Below, one piece after another: positions 9,412-18,223 of a DNA stretch of 23,826 bases. The notes under the pieces are model-generated. The model was not told the DNA's origin. It saw only the letters and a program-made list of their open reading frames with translations, and did not search any database. The stretch's first letter is position 1; every line of letters begins with the position of its first letter. A program made the position numbers and the translations under genes. The stretch is taken from the NCBI GenBank assembly GCA_964022095.1, contig CAXHZO010000026.1:1-23826 (forward strand), read 5' to 3'. The stretch is from an uncultured Arcobacteraceae bacterium (GTDB lineage: Bacteria; Campylobacterota; Campylobacteria; Campylobacterales; Arcobacteraceae).

Positions 9412-11046
9412 TTATAAATTATAACTTACTAGTTTGCCAAGTTTTAATTGATAAATATTATCTTTTAATTTTCTAATAATATTAGCTTTTTGCCTAAAAT
9501 CCATCGTTTTATCGTATGAAATAGCTGTTAGTTTATTAGTATAGAATTTATATAATAACACTAATAATTCTTTTTTCAATCTTTCATCATCATAGTTTTC
9601 TAATTTTTCATTTAATGTAATTGCATTTAATGATAAACTTTCAGGATCACTCATAAGTAATTCAAACTCATCTTTATGTGTTTCAAACATTGTTGCATCT
9701 ATCAAATCTAAAGCCATATCTAATCTTTTAGGGTTTTCTAGTATAGATTTGATAATGCACAATTCTTGAATATTTACTTTTGATAAATTAACCTCAAAGT
9801 TTCTGCTTTTATCAGTACTTGTTTTCACCAAATTTTCTCTGATGTTCAATTTTTGAGCAATATATCTTTTATATTCATCTTGATAAATTAAACTTAAAGA
9901 CTTTAAGTAATCATTCGCTTCATTTAGTGCTTTTTGTTTTTGAGATGGCTCATTTATATTATATTTTGCAACAATATAATCAATTACATAAGTAATAAAA
10001 TTTTGTGAAGTGTTAAACATTTTTTCTAACTCTTCTATTTTACTGTCATTTACCATATCAGCTGGATCTTTTCCATCTCCAAAAATTACAACACCACCTT
10101 CAAACTCACTTTGAGATAGCATAACTGAAGCTTTATAAGCAGCTGCAAGTCCAGCTTTATCTCCATCATAAGCTAAAATTACTTTTGGCTCACCTCTTCT
10201 TAAAAGAGGTAAATGATCAGCTGTTAAAGCAGTACCTAATGTTGCAACAGCAGTATTAAAACCTGCTTGATGAAGCATTATTACATCTAGATACCCTTCA
10301 CAAACAATAAGTCTATTTTTTTTATAAATATTCTCTTTTGCTACATGATAACCATAAAGTAATCTTGATTTATTAAATATTTTAGTTTGAGGTGAATTAA
10401 CATATTTTGCATTATGTCCTGTAATAGTTCTTCCACCAAAACCGACAAGTTTTCCATTTATTGAATAAATTGGAAAAGTAATTCTTTCTATAAACCTTGA
10501 ATATAAGCCATTTTGCCCAGTATCAATTACACCAAGCTCTATTGCTTCACTTAAGTTATAGTGATTAGATTTCAAAAAATTTATTGTTTCATGGGACTTT
10601 GGAGCATAACCAATTTCAAACTTTTCAACAGAAAATTCTGATATCCCTCTATTGTGAATATACTCTTTTGCCGTATTATTTCCAACAAAAAGTTTTTGAT
10701 AGTATTTATTTACATCTTCAATAATTTTTGTATCTTGTTTTTTTTGATTGTTGTTATCATACTCTAGCTGTACGTTATACATTGAAGCTAATTTTTCAAT
10801 AGTTTCAGGGTATGAAAGTTTTTCATACTCCATTACAAATTTAATAGAATCTCCACCTACTCCACACCCAAAACAATGATATATTTGTTTTGAAGGACTT
10901 ACTACAAAAGATGGTGTTGTTTCCCCATGAAATGGACAACAAGCTTTAAAATTTGCTCCACTTTTTTTTAGTTCTAAAAACTGTGAGACTACATCAACAA
11001 CATCAAGGTGATTTTTTAAATTCTCTATGGACTCTTTTTTTATCAT
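9412..11046 (-). CDS. dnaG: DNA primase
   Basis: Zn ribbon CPFHGE...HCFGC, RITFPI, FGGR, KYVNSP, TOPRIM EGYLDV and YDGDKAG. Confidence 0.98.
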   Translation of the reverse strand: MIKKESIENLKNHLDVVDVVSQFLELKKSGANFKACCPFHGETTPSFVVSPSKQIYHCFGCGVGGDSIKFVMEYEKLSYPETIEKLASMYNVQLEYDNNNQKKQDTKIIEDVNKYYQKLFVGNNTAKEYIHNRGISEFSVEKFEIGYAPKSHETINFLKSNHYNLSEAIELGVIDTGQNGLYSRFIERITFPIYSINGKLVGFGGRTITGHNAKYVNSPQTKIFNKSRLLYGYHVAKENIYKKNRLIVCEGYLDVIMLHQAGFNTAVATLGTALTADHLPLLRRGEPKVILAYDGDKAGLAAAYKASVMLSQSEFEGGVVIFGDGKDPADMVNDSKIEELEKMFNTSQNFITYVIDYIVAKYNINEPSQKQKALNEANDYLKSLSLIYQDEYKRYIAQKLNIRENLVKTSTDKSRNFEVNLSKVNIQELCIIKSILENPKRLDMALDLIDATMFETHKDEFELLMSDPESLSLNAITLNEKLENYDDERLKKELLVLLYKFYTNKLTAISYDKTMDFRQKANIIRKLKDNIYQLKLGKLVSYNL

Positions 11047-11051
11047 AAGTG

Positions 11052-11057
11052 ATTATA
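11052..11057 (-). promoter_or_regulatory. Putative -10 box (TATAAT) for leaderless dnaG transcript
   Basis: GAGTATAAT-CACTT-ATG: 5 nt spacer and no RBS between the box and the ATG. Confidence 0.55.
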
Positions 11058-11128
11058 CTCTTTTATTATTTTATATGAACTTTTATGATAATATATATAA
11101 ATTAAACAAACATATATTAAGGTACTTC

Positions 11129-12178
11129 TTGGACAATATAGCCTTAGAGTATAGAGACCCTTTATTTGGGGTAATAATACTTTTCACACTTATTTTTTTA
11201 ATTTCATTTTTTACCTATTCTTACGGTATTTATAAAGAAAGACTTGCAAGAAAAGAGTATAGAAAACTTTATAAAAGATTTGAACTTGGGAAATTAAAAG
11301 AAGAAGATTATGTACATCTATACAAAACTTATAACCTACCATTTGATTCTATTTTACTTTTAGCATCAACTTTTTTACACAAAGGTGATTATAATAAAGC
11401 CATAAATGTATATTTGACTTTATTAGAACATGTAAACGATAGAGTAAAAAAAGAAGAATTATTAGAACACCTAGGTATGACATACTTTAAAGGTGGTTTC
11501 TTACAAAGATCAAAAGAGATATTTTTAAGAATTTTAAAATTCTCTCCAAGAAATAAAAAAGCATTAGATCACTTGCTAATAATATATGAAAAACTAAAAG
11601 ATTTCAAAAAAGCTAAGGAAGTAGTTTCATCCCTAGAAGAATTAGATGTAGATAAGACAAAAGATAAAGTTTACTTAAAAAGTTTAATGGTTATAAATGA
11701 TCCAATTTTATCGTATGAAAAGAAATCTCAAAAACTATTTGAAATATATGAAGAAGACAAAATTATAGAAAGAATTTTAATATCTTTTTTAATCCAGTTT
11801 AATAAACAATTCTTTTGGGAAAATGTTCATAAATTTGATTGTAAAAAAGCTATTGATTTAATGTGGTATTTAAACTTTGAAGATATTAATTTTGATAAAG
11901 TTATAGAAAATGAATTTTTAGTTGATTTATATAATGCAAAAGGCTATTTAAAGACTCAAGATCATTGTAATGATTTTGATTTAGATCTTTTAATATTAGT
12001 AAATAAGCATGACCATGACATAAATGCATCATTAAATTTTGAGTTTATTTGTAATTCATGTAAGCACTCACATCCTGTTTTTGATACAAGATGTCCACAT
12101 TGTCACACAATTTTATCATTTGATGTAAAACATCATTTAAGCAAAGGTTATTATGAAGAAAATCAATCTTTACAGTGA
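11129..12178 (+). CDS. Membrane-anchored TPR protein with C-terminal rubredoxin-like metal site (LapB/YciM-like)
   Basis: Start reassigned to in-frame TTG at 11129 (AAGG RBS 6 nt upstream; removes the head-to-head overlap with dnaG). N-terminal TM after EYRDPLFG, TPR-like repeats, C-terminal CNSC...CPHC. Confidence 0.8.
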   Translation: MDNIALEYRDPLFGVIILFTLIFLISFFTYSYGIYKERLARKEYRKLYKRFELGKLKEEDYVHLYKTYNLPFDSILLLASTFLHKGDYNKAINVYLTLLEHVNDRVKKEELLEHLGMTYFKGGFLQRSKEIFLRILKFSPRNKKALDHLLIIYEKLKDFKKAKEVVSSLEELDVDKTKDKVYLKSLMVINDPILSYEKKSQKLFEIYEEDKIIERILISFLIQFNKQFFWENVHKFDCKKAIDLMWYLNFEDINFDKVIENEFLVDLYNAKGYLKTQDHCNDFDLDLLILVNKHDHDINASLNFEFICNSCKHSHPVFDTRCPHCHTILSFDVKHHLSKGYYEENQSLQ

Positions 12179-12605
12179 TGGTTCTAGTTTAGGTAATCCA
12201 GGACCTGGAGGCTGGGGAACTATACTTGAATACAATGGAAAAGAAAGAGAGCTTTGTGGTGGACAAGATAACACTACAAATAATCAAATGGAACTAAAAG
12301 GTGTAATTGAAGGTTTAAAAGCTTTAAAAGAACCTTGTGAAGTTCATATTACCTCTGATTCATCATATGTTGTTAAAGCAATAAATGAATGGCTTGTAGG
12401 TTGGGTTAGAAATAATTGGCGAAATGCCAGTAAAAAACCTGTAAAAAATGTAGAGTTATGGCAAGAGTACCTAGAGGCATCAAAGCAGCACAAGGTACAT
12501 GCACAGTGGGTAAAGGGGCATGCAGGTCATGAGCATAATGAAAGATGTGATATACTTGCAAGAACATTTGCAGAAAATTTAAAAGAAGGGAAAAATAATG
12601 AGTGA
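12153..12605 (+). CDS. rnhA: Ribonuclease HI
   Basis: [43 protein letters not shown]. Confidence 0.98.
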   Translation: MKKINLYSDGSSLGNPGPGGWGTILEYNGKERELCGGQDNTTNNQMELKGVIEGLKALKEPCEVHITSDSSYVVKAINEWLVGWVRNNWRNASKKPVKNVELWQEYLEASKQHKVHAQWVKGHAGHEHNERCDILARTFAENLKEGKNNE

Positions 12606-13275
12606 TTATTCACAATTAGAGAGGTGTTTGGATTATCAGTTTAAAGATAGAAATCTGATAATCGAAGCACTTACACATAAAAGTTTTAAAAAGCCATATA
12701 ATAATGAGAGACTAGAGTTTTTAGGAGATGCTGTTTTAAACTTAATAGTTGGAGAGTATTTATATAAAAAATTTCCAAAGTCAAATGAAGGTGATCTTTC
12801 TAAGATAAGAGCTTCACTTGTAAATGAAACTGGTTTTACAAAACTTGCAAGAGATATTAAATTAGGCGATTATATTTATATTTCGAGTGCAGAAGAGAGA
12901 AATAAAGGTAGAACAAAAGCTTCAATTCTTTCAGATGCTTTTGAAGCAATTATGGGTGCAATATATTTAGAATCTGGACTTGAAGTTTTAAAACCTATTA
13001 TTCTAAATTTACTTGAAAATTCATACGATAAAATTAATCTTGATGTATTATTTAGTGATTATAAAACTGCACTACAAGAAATAACTCAAGCTAAATTTGG
13101 TTCAATTCCTGAATATAAAATAGAAGGTTCATATGGACCTGACCATAAAAAAGAGTTTGAAGTATCTATATGGATAGATGGAAATACTTATGGTAAAGCA
13201 AAAGGGAAAAGTAAAAAACTAGCTCAACAAGCAGTTGCAAAAATCGCAATTGATATTTTAAAAGGTGAAAATTAA
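12598..13275 (+). CDS. rnc: Ribonuclease III
   Basis: [18 protein letters not shown] signature, DAFEA, C-terminal dsRBD (DYKTALQE...GKSKKLAQQ). Confidence 0.98.
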   Translation: MSDYSQLERCLDYQFKDRNLIIEALTHKSFKKPYNNERLEFLGDAVLNLIVGEYLYKKFPKSNEGDLSKIRASLVNETGFTKLARDIKLGDYIYISSAEERNKGRTKASILSDAFEAIMGAIYLESGLEVLKPIILNLLENSYDKINLDVLFSDYKTALQEITQAKFGSIPEYKIEGSYGPDHKKEFEVSIWIDGNTYGKAKGKSKKLAQQAVAKIAIDILKGEN

Positions 13276-14348
13276 TGAACACATTTGGTCATAGGTTTAG
13301 GTTTACAACTTTTGGAGAGTCTCATGGAAAAGCTCTTGGTTGTATAGTTGATGGAGTGCCAGCAGGAATTAAAATAGATGAAGAATTTATTCAAAATGAG
13401 ATGGATAGAAGAAAACCTGGTAAAAATAAATATGCAACTGCTAGAAAAGAAGGTGATAAAGTAGAAATTCTTTCAGGAGTATTTGAAGGAATTACTACAG
13501 GAACTTCGCTTGCAATGGTAATTTTTAATGAAAATCAAAAGTCAAAAGATTACTCAAATATAAAAGATTTATTTAGACCAGGACATGCAGACTTTACATA
13601 TTTTAATAAATATGGGACTAGAGATTATAGAGGTGGAGGAAGAAGTAGTGCAAGAGAAACAGCAGCAAGAGTTGCAGCTGGTGCTATTGCTAAGCTTATG
13701 TTAAAAGAGCTTGGAATTAAAATTCAAAGTGGTATTTATGAAATTGATGGAATTGAAGCTAAAGAGTTTGATTTTTCAAAGGTAGCTGATTCTGAGATTT
13801 TTGCCCTTGACAGAAATGTAGAACAAGCTCAAAAGGATGCAATACTTGCTGCTAAAAACAAGCACAATAGTGTTGGTGGAGTAGCCTTAATAAATGTATC
13901 AAATGTTCCAATAGGTCTAGGTGAACCACTTTACCATAAACTTGATTCACAAATTGCAAATGCAATGGTTAGTATTAATGCAGTTAAAGCAATTGAAATT
14001 GGTGATGGGATATTAGCTTCTAAAGTTAAAGGCTTAGATAATAATGACCAAATAAGATCCAATGGATTTAAAACTAATCATAGTGGTGGAATGCTTGGTG
14101 GTATTTCTAATGGTGAAGATATAAATGTAAAAGTATATTTTAAAGCAACTCCTTCTATATTTATAAAGCAAGACACAGTAGATATTTATAATCAAGAAGT
14201 GAATTGTGAACTAAAAGGAAGACATGACCCTTGTGTTGCTGTTAGAGGAAGTGTAGTTGCAGAATCTATGATGTCACTTGTTCTTGCAGATATGGTATTA
14301 TTAAATATGTCATCAAAAATTGAAAATGTTAAGAAAGTATATAGCTAA
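13275..14348 (+). CDS. aroC: Chorismate synthase
   Basis: [37 protein letters not shown]. Confidence 0.99.
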   Translation: MNTFGHRFRFTTFGESHGKALGCIVDGVPAGIKIDEEFIQNEMDRRKPGKNKYATARKEGDKVEILSGVFEGITTGTSLAMVIFNENQKSKDYSNIKDLFRPGHADFTYFNKYGTRDYRGGGRSSARETAARVAAGAIAKLMLKELGIKIQSGIYEIDGIEAKEFDFSKVADSEIFALDRNVEQAQKDAILAAKNKHNSVGGVALINVSNVPIGLGEPLYHKLDSQIANAMVSINAVKAIEIGDGILASKVKGLDNNDQIRSNGFKTNHSGGMLGGISNGEDINVKVYFKATPSIFIKQDTVDIYNQEVNCELKGRHDPCVAVRGSVVAESMMSLVLADMVLLNMSSKIENVKKVYS

Positions 14349-15096
14349 GCTAATTTTTCTTTTTTTTATTTCTCATAATTTGTTTGCTAACACTACAGAT
14401 TATGAGAAAGCTCACAAACTTATAGACGCCTATCCAAACCATCTTTTAGCATATAAAGATAACTACATAATCTGGAAAAATAAAGAGAAAATCTTATTTG
14501 ATGACTTGAAAGAAAAAAACTCATATAAAGAGCTTTTAAATAATGCTTCATTAAAAAATCAACTTCATATTGAATATATAAAAGTAACTCATAAAGAGCA
14601 CCATAAACCTTTAAAAAATGAAGATCCAGGAAGAGTAAGAAATGAAGAGTTTTTTAGAAAAATGTATGGAGCTACTAAAGATAAAATAAAAAAGAATTTA
14701 GTTCAAATTAAATGGATGCCAAAAACCACTAATAAAACTTTATATGTAACAACCGTAAATAATGTGCATAAAAAACTTCAAAATATTTCAAAAGAACTAG
14801 ATCAATTACCAAAAAAGTTAAAAAAGTTTGTTCATCAGCCAGCTGGCACTTACAAGTATAGAAAAATAGCTGGAACAAATAGATTAAGCATGCATAGTTT
14901 TGGCATGGCAATTGATATAAATATTAAAAAATCACACTATTGGAAATGGGATAAAAACAGAAATAAATTTGAGTATAAAAATTTAATTCCAATGAAAATT
15001 GTAAAAATATTTGAAAAATATGGTTTTATTTGGGGTGGTAGATGGTATCACTATGATACTATGCATTTTGAATATAGACCTGAACTTTTAAATTAA
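14326..15096 (+). CDS. Secreted M15-family Zn metallopeptidase (peptidoglycan L-Ala-D-Glu endopeptidase or D,D-carboxypeptidase-like)
   Basis: Signal-peptide-like [31 protein letters not shown] (SxHxxGxAxD) and [17 protein letters not shown]n-ligand motifs. Start is ATG 14326 or TTG 14320; overlaps the aroC 3' end. Confidence 0.85.
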   Translation: MLRKYIAKLIFLFFISHNLFANTTDYEKAHKLIDAYPNHLLAYKDNYIIWKNKEKILFDDLKEKNSYKELLNNASLKNQLHIEYIKVTHKEHHKPLKNEDPGRVRNEEFFRKMYGATKDKIKKNLVQIKWMPKTTNKTLYVTTVNNVHKKLQNISKELDQLPKKLKKFVHQPAGTYKYRKIAGTNRLSMHSFGMAIDINIKKSHYWKWDKNRNKFEYKNLIPMKIVKIFEKYGFIWGGRWYHYDTMHFEYRPELLN

Positions 15097-15131
15097 TAGT
15101 TATTTAAACTTTTTTGATTATAATTTCACCC

Positions 15132-15163
15132 AAGCAACTCTTTGGTCAAGGGTTGCTTTTTTT
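15132..15163 (+). terminator. Intrinsic terminator between the convergent M15 peptidase and purE
   Basis: AAGCAACTCTT-TGGTC-AAGGGTTGCTT: 11-bp stem with one G:U pair on the + strand, ending in a T7 run. Confidence 0.8.
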
Positions 15164-15167
15164 ATGG

Positions 15168-15695
15168 CTATTTTTTTGGCATTTGAGCTAGGTAATCTTT
15201 GTATTTAATTTTTTCTAACTTTTCAATTTTTGTATTTACTTCTTCAAGCATCTCTTCTTTATATGCAGATACTTTTTTTCTAACTTTTTTAGACTTTACA
15301 CCTATTATTTGTGCTGCTAGTATTCCTGCATTTTTTGCTCCATTAATAGCAACTGTAGCCACAGGAACACCACCAGGCATTTGCACGATTGATAATAAGG
15401 AATCCATTCCTTCTAAGTTTGAAGCTTTAACTGGAACTCCAATAACAGGAAGTGCACTCATAGATGCAACCATACCTGGTAAATGTGCAGCTCCTCCAGC
15501 ACCTGCAATAATTACTCTTAATCCTCTTTTTTCAGCACCTTTTGCATACTTTACTAATCTATCAGGAGTTCTATGAGCTGATACCACAGTAACTTCATAC
15601 TCTATTCCAAACTTCTCACATATTTGCGCTGCTGCACTCATTACTGGAAGATCTGAATCACTTCCCATAATAATTCCTACTAATGGTTTACTCAT
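15168..15695 (-). CDS. purE: N5-CAIR mutase (class I PurE)
   Basis: [51 protein letters not shown] overlap with the purK stop. Confidence 0.98.
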   Translation of the reverse strand: MSKPLVGIIMGSDSDLPVMSAAAQICEKFGIEYEVTVVSAHRTPDRLVKYAKGAEKRGLRVIIAGAGGAAHLPGMVASMSALPVIGVPVKASNLEGMDSLLSIVQMPGGVPVATVAINGAKNAGILAAQIIGVKSKKVRKKVSAYKEEMLEEVNTKIEKLEKIKYKDYLAQMPKK

Positions 15696-16846
15696 AATTT
15701 TTTGCTCCCTTTTATTTTTAATATACTTTTAGCTTCATTTGCTTTTTCTAAAGCCTTATTTATATCATCATCTAAAACTGTGATATGTCCCATTTTTCTA
15801 AATGGTTTAGTAAAACTTTTTCCATAAAAATGAAATGATAATTCTGGAATTTCTAAAGCATCATGAATTCCATCAATAAATGGTTCACCTTCATATCCTA
15901 TTTCACCTAATAAATTAACCATTACTGCAGGTGAGATTAGCTTTGTAGACCCCAAAGGAAGGTTTGTAACTGCTCTTATTATTTGTTCAAATTGTGATGT
16001 TGCACAAGCTTCTACTGTATAATGTCCTGAGTTATGTGGTCTTGGCGCAATTTCATTTACTAAAACTTCACCTTTTTTATTTAAAAATAATTCAACTCCA
16101 AAAATACCAACACCATTTAAAGCTTCAATTGATTTTATTGAAACTTCAAAACATTTTTCTTCTATTTGTTTTGAAATTCTAGCTGGTGCCATAACACTGT
16201 CACAAATATTTACTCTTTCATCAAATAGCATTTCAACTACTGGATAGCACTTGATCTCACCTTCTATATTTCTTGCAACTATGATTGCTAATTCTTTATC
16301 AATATCAACAAGCTCTTCAATAAATGATTCAGCTTCAATTGCAATTGTATTAGCTTCTTCTTGAGATTTTAGCATTTGAACGCCCTTCCCATCATATCCA
16401 CCAAGCTTCGCTTTTTGTATAACAGGAAAACCAAAAGCAGCTAAATCTTCTGTAGTTTCAATACTTTTATATGCAGGAACAGGAATTCCTTTTTCATCTA
16501 AAAGCTTTTTTTGTTCATATTTATTTTGAATTAATTCCATTACATATGGTGATGGATGAATCTTATGACCATGATCATATAACTCTTTTAAAATTGAAGT
16601 ATCTACATGCTCTAATTCAAATGTTGTAACATCATTTTCTTGAACTAATTGTTCTAATTTATCTTTATCATAAAAACCACCCATGATATGTTTGTCAGAA
16701 ACTTGAGCTGCTGGACAATTAAATGTTGGGTCAAGTATAGTTACATGAAAGCCCATTTTTTTTGCTTTTTGAGACATAATTTTACCAAGTTGTCCACCAC
16801 CAATGATTCCTAATTTTAAATTAGAATAATTAAAATCTTTATCCAT
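15692..16846 (-). CDS. purK: N5-CAIR synthetase (ATP-grasp, bicarbonate-dependent)
   Basis: [27 protein letters not shown] (PurK-type, not PurT-type HDTG), SQFEQ, YGK...RKMGH; coupled to purE. Confidence 0.96.
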   Translation of the reverse strand: MDKDFNYSNLKLGIIGGGQLGKIMSQKAKKMGFHVTILDPTFNCPAAQVSDKHIMGGFYDKDKLEQLVQENDVTTFELEHVDTSILKELYDHGHKIHPSPYVMELIQNKYEQKKLLDEKGIPVPAYKSIETTEDLAAFGFPVIQKAKLGGYDGKGVQMLKSQEEANTIAIEAESFIEELVDIDKELAIIVARNIEGEIKCYPVVEMLFDERVNICDSVMAPARISKQIEEKCFEVSIKSIEALNGVGIFGVELFLNKKGEVLVNEIAPRPHNSGHYTVEACATSQFEQIIRAVTNLPLGSTKLISPAVMVNLLGEIGYEGEPFIDGIHDALEIPELSFHFYGKSFTKPFRKMGHITVLDDDINKALEKANEAKSILKIKGSKKL

Positions 16847-16872
16847 AAATTTTCTCTTTTTAATTTAATATA

Positions 16873-17163
16873 TTATTGTAGTAACATTACATCTGTAATG
16901 ATACATTTTCCGCCATACTTTTTAATAAAACTTCTTACATCTTCAATCATTGAATATAAAATCTCTTCTTCAAATACTGAAAAGATATAATTATTGCTAG
17001 ATACATCAGTTACATTATCAGCAGTTTTTAAGCCATGCCCACCACAACCTTCAATATCTCTAATGATTGTATATCCAGTAATCTGTTTTTTTGAAAATAA
17101 ATCAAGAAGTCTATTTGTATAAACAGACTCTATTATTATTTCTATTTTTTTCATATTTTTCAT
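16873..17163 (-). CDS. sbtB: PII-like regulator, SbtB-like
   Basis: 96 aa with PII-fold pattern KKIEIIIE...ITGYTII...GxGxxG...YGG; starts 1 nt after the sbtA stop. Confidence 0.8.
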   Translation of the reverse strand: MKNMKKIEIIIESVYTNRLLDLFSKKQITGYTIIRDIEGCGGHGLKTADNVTDVSSNNYIFSVFEEEILYSMIEDVRSFIKKYGGKCIITDVMLLQ

Positions 17164-17164
17164 A

Positions 17165-18145
17165 TTATCCCCACAATTGATTAATTAAAAAGTAGTAAAG
17201 CGGTATTCCAAGGGAAATATTAAATGGAAAAGTAATAGCCAAACTCAATGGCAAATATATCCCTGGATTTGCTTCTGGTACTGATAATCTCATAGCAGCT
17301 GGTACAGCTATATATGAAGCACTACCACTTAACAATGCTAATAAAAATGCATCCCCTTTTGATAATTCAAAGTAGTATCCAAGAGACATTGCAATAATTG
17401 CATTAAATATTGGCATAATAATAGCAAATCCTATTAAAAAAACACCAAGTTTTTTTAACTCATAGATTCTTTTTGCTGCAACTAAACCCATATCTAAAAG
17501 GAAGAATGCTAAGAACCCTTTAAATAAAACTCCGAAAAGTGGCTCCATAGAGTGCCAACCTTTTTCACCTGTTAAAATACCAATTAATAATGCACCCATT
17601 AGTAAAAATACAGATGGGTTTAAAAATGCTTCTTTAAAAATCTCTTTAAAACTTGTAGTACTATTCTCATCATTATTAGATTTTTTATTTATCATTGCAG
17701 CAAATACTAAACCAATAACAATAGCTGGCGATTCCATAAGAGTCATTGCAGCAACCATATAACCACCATACTCAACACCAATAGTTTGAAGATAAGTAAT
17801 ACCTGTTATAAAAGTAACTGCACTAATTGAACCATAGGTTGCAGCTAGTGCAACACTATTGTAGGAGTCTAATTTAGTTCTTAAAATAAAGAAACTATAA
17901 ATTGGAACTAAAATAGCCATAAAAACTGCTAAGCCAAGTGCTTTGAAAACATCTAAACTTAATCCACTTTGTGATAATTCATATCCACCATGTAGTCCAA
18001 TAGCAATTAAAAGGTATAAAGAAAAAAACTTTGGTAATGGTTGAGGAATAGACAAGTCTGATTTTAAAAAGACTGCTAACATTCCTAAGAAGAAGAATAA
18101 AATAGGTGGATTTAAAATATTTTGTAAAATCAAATCAATATTCAT
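17165..18145 (-). CDS. sbtA: Sodium-dependent bicarbonate transport family permease (SbtA-like)
   Basis: About 10 TMs; family motifs PPILFFFLG, KSDLSIP, YLLIAIG, YGSISAVTF, MESPAI, FLLDMG, SASYIAVPAAMR, SLAITFPFNI; followed by a PII-like gene. Confidence 0.9.
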   Translation of the reverse strand: MNIDLILQNILNPPILFFFLGMLAVFLKSDLSIPQPLPKFFSLYLLIAIGLHGGYELSQSGLSLDVFKALGLAVFMAILVPIYSFFILRTKLDSYNSVALAATYGSISAVTFITGITYLQTIGVEYGGYMVAAMTLMESPAIVIGLVFAAMINKKSNNDENSTTSFKEIFKEAFLNPSVFLLMGALLIGILTGEKGWHSMEPLFGVLFKGFLAFFLLDMGLVAAKRIYELKKLGVFLIGFAIIMPIFNAIIAMSLGYYFELSKGDAFLLALLSGSASYIAVPAAMRLSVPEANPGIYLPLSLAITFPFNISLGIPLYYFLINQLWG

Positions 18146-18187
18146 ATTTGTATCTCTTATTTAAAATTTTGAAATCCTATCAAATTG

Positions 18188-18193
18188 ATTATA
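18188..18193 (-). promoter_or_regulatory. Putative -10 box (TATAAT) for sbtA-sbtB-purK-purE
   Basis: Perfect TATAAT 42 nt upstream of the sbtA ATG in the 78-nt htpX-sbtA gap; AAGAG RBS-like sequence near the start. Confidence 0.5.
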
Positions 18194-18223
18194 AAGAGTT
18201 TATTAACTAGGATAATTAGTATC

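Noticed and set aside
11027-11128. ORF-track N-terminal extension of the TPR protein (similar extensions for birA 4345-4359 and htpX 19076-19114)
   Set aside because: The extensions run through promoter DNA or overlap dnaG; downstream starts have better RBS or promoter context.
15692-16846. Alternative call as PurT (formate-dependent GAR transformylase)
   Set aside because: The RPHNSGH and GYDGKG motifs and the coupling to purE indicate PurK.
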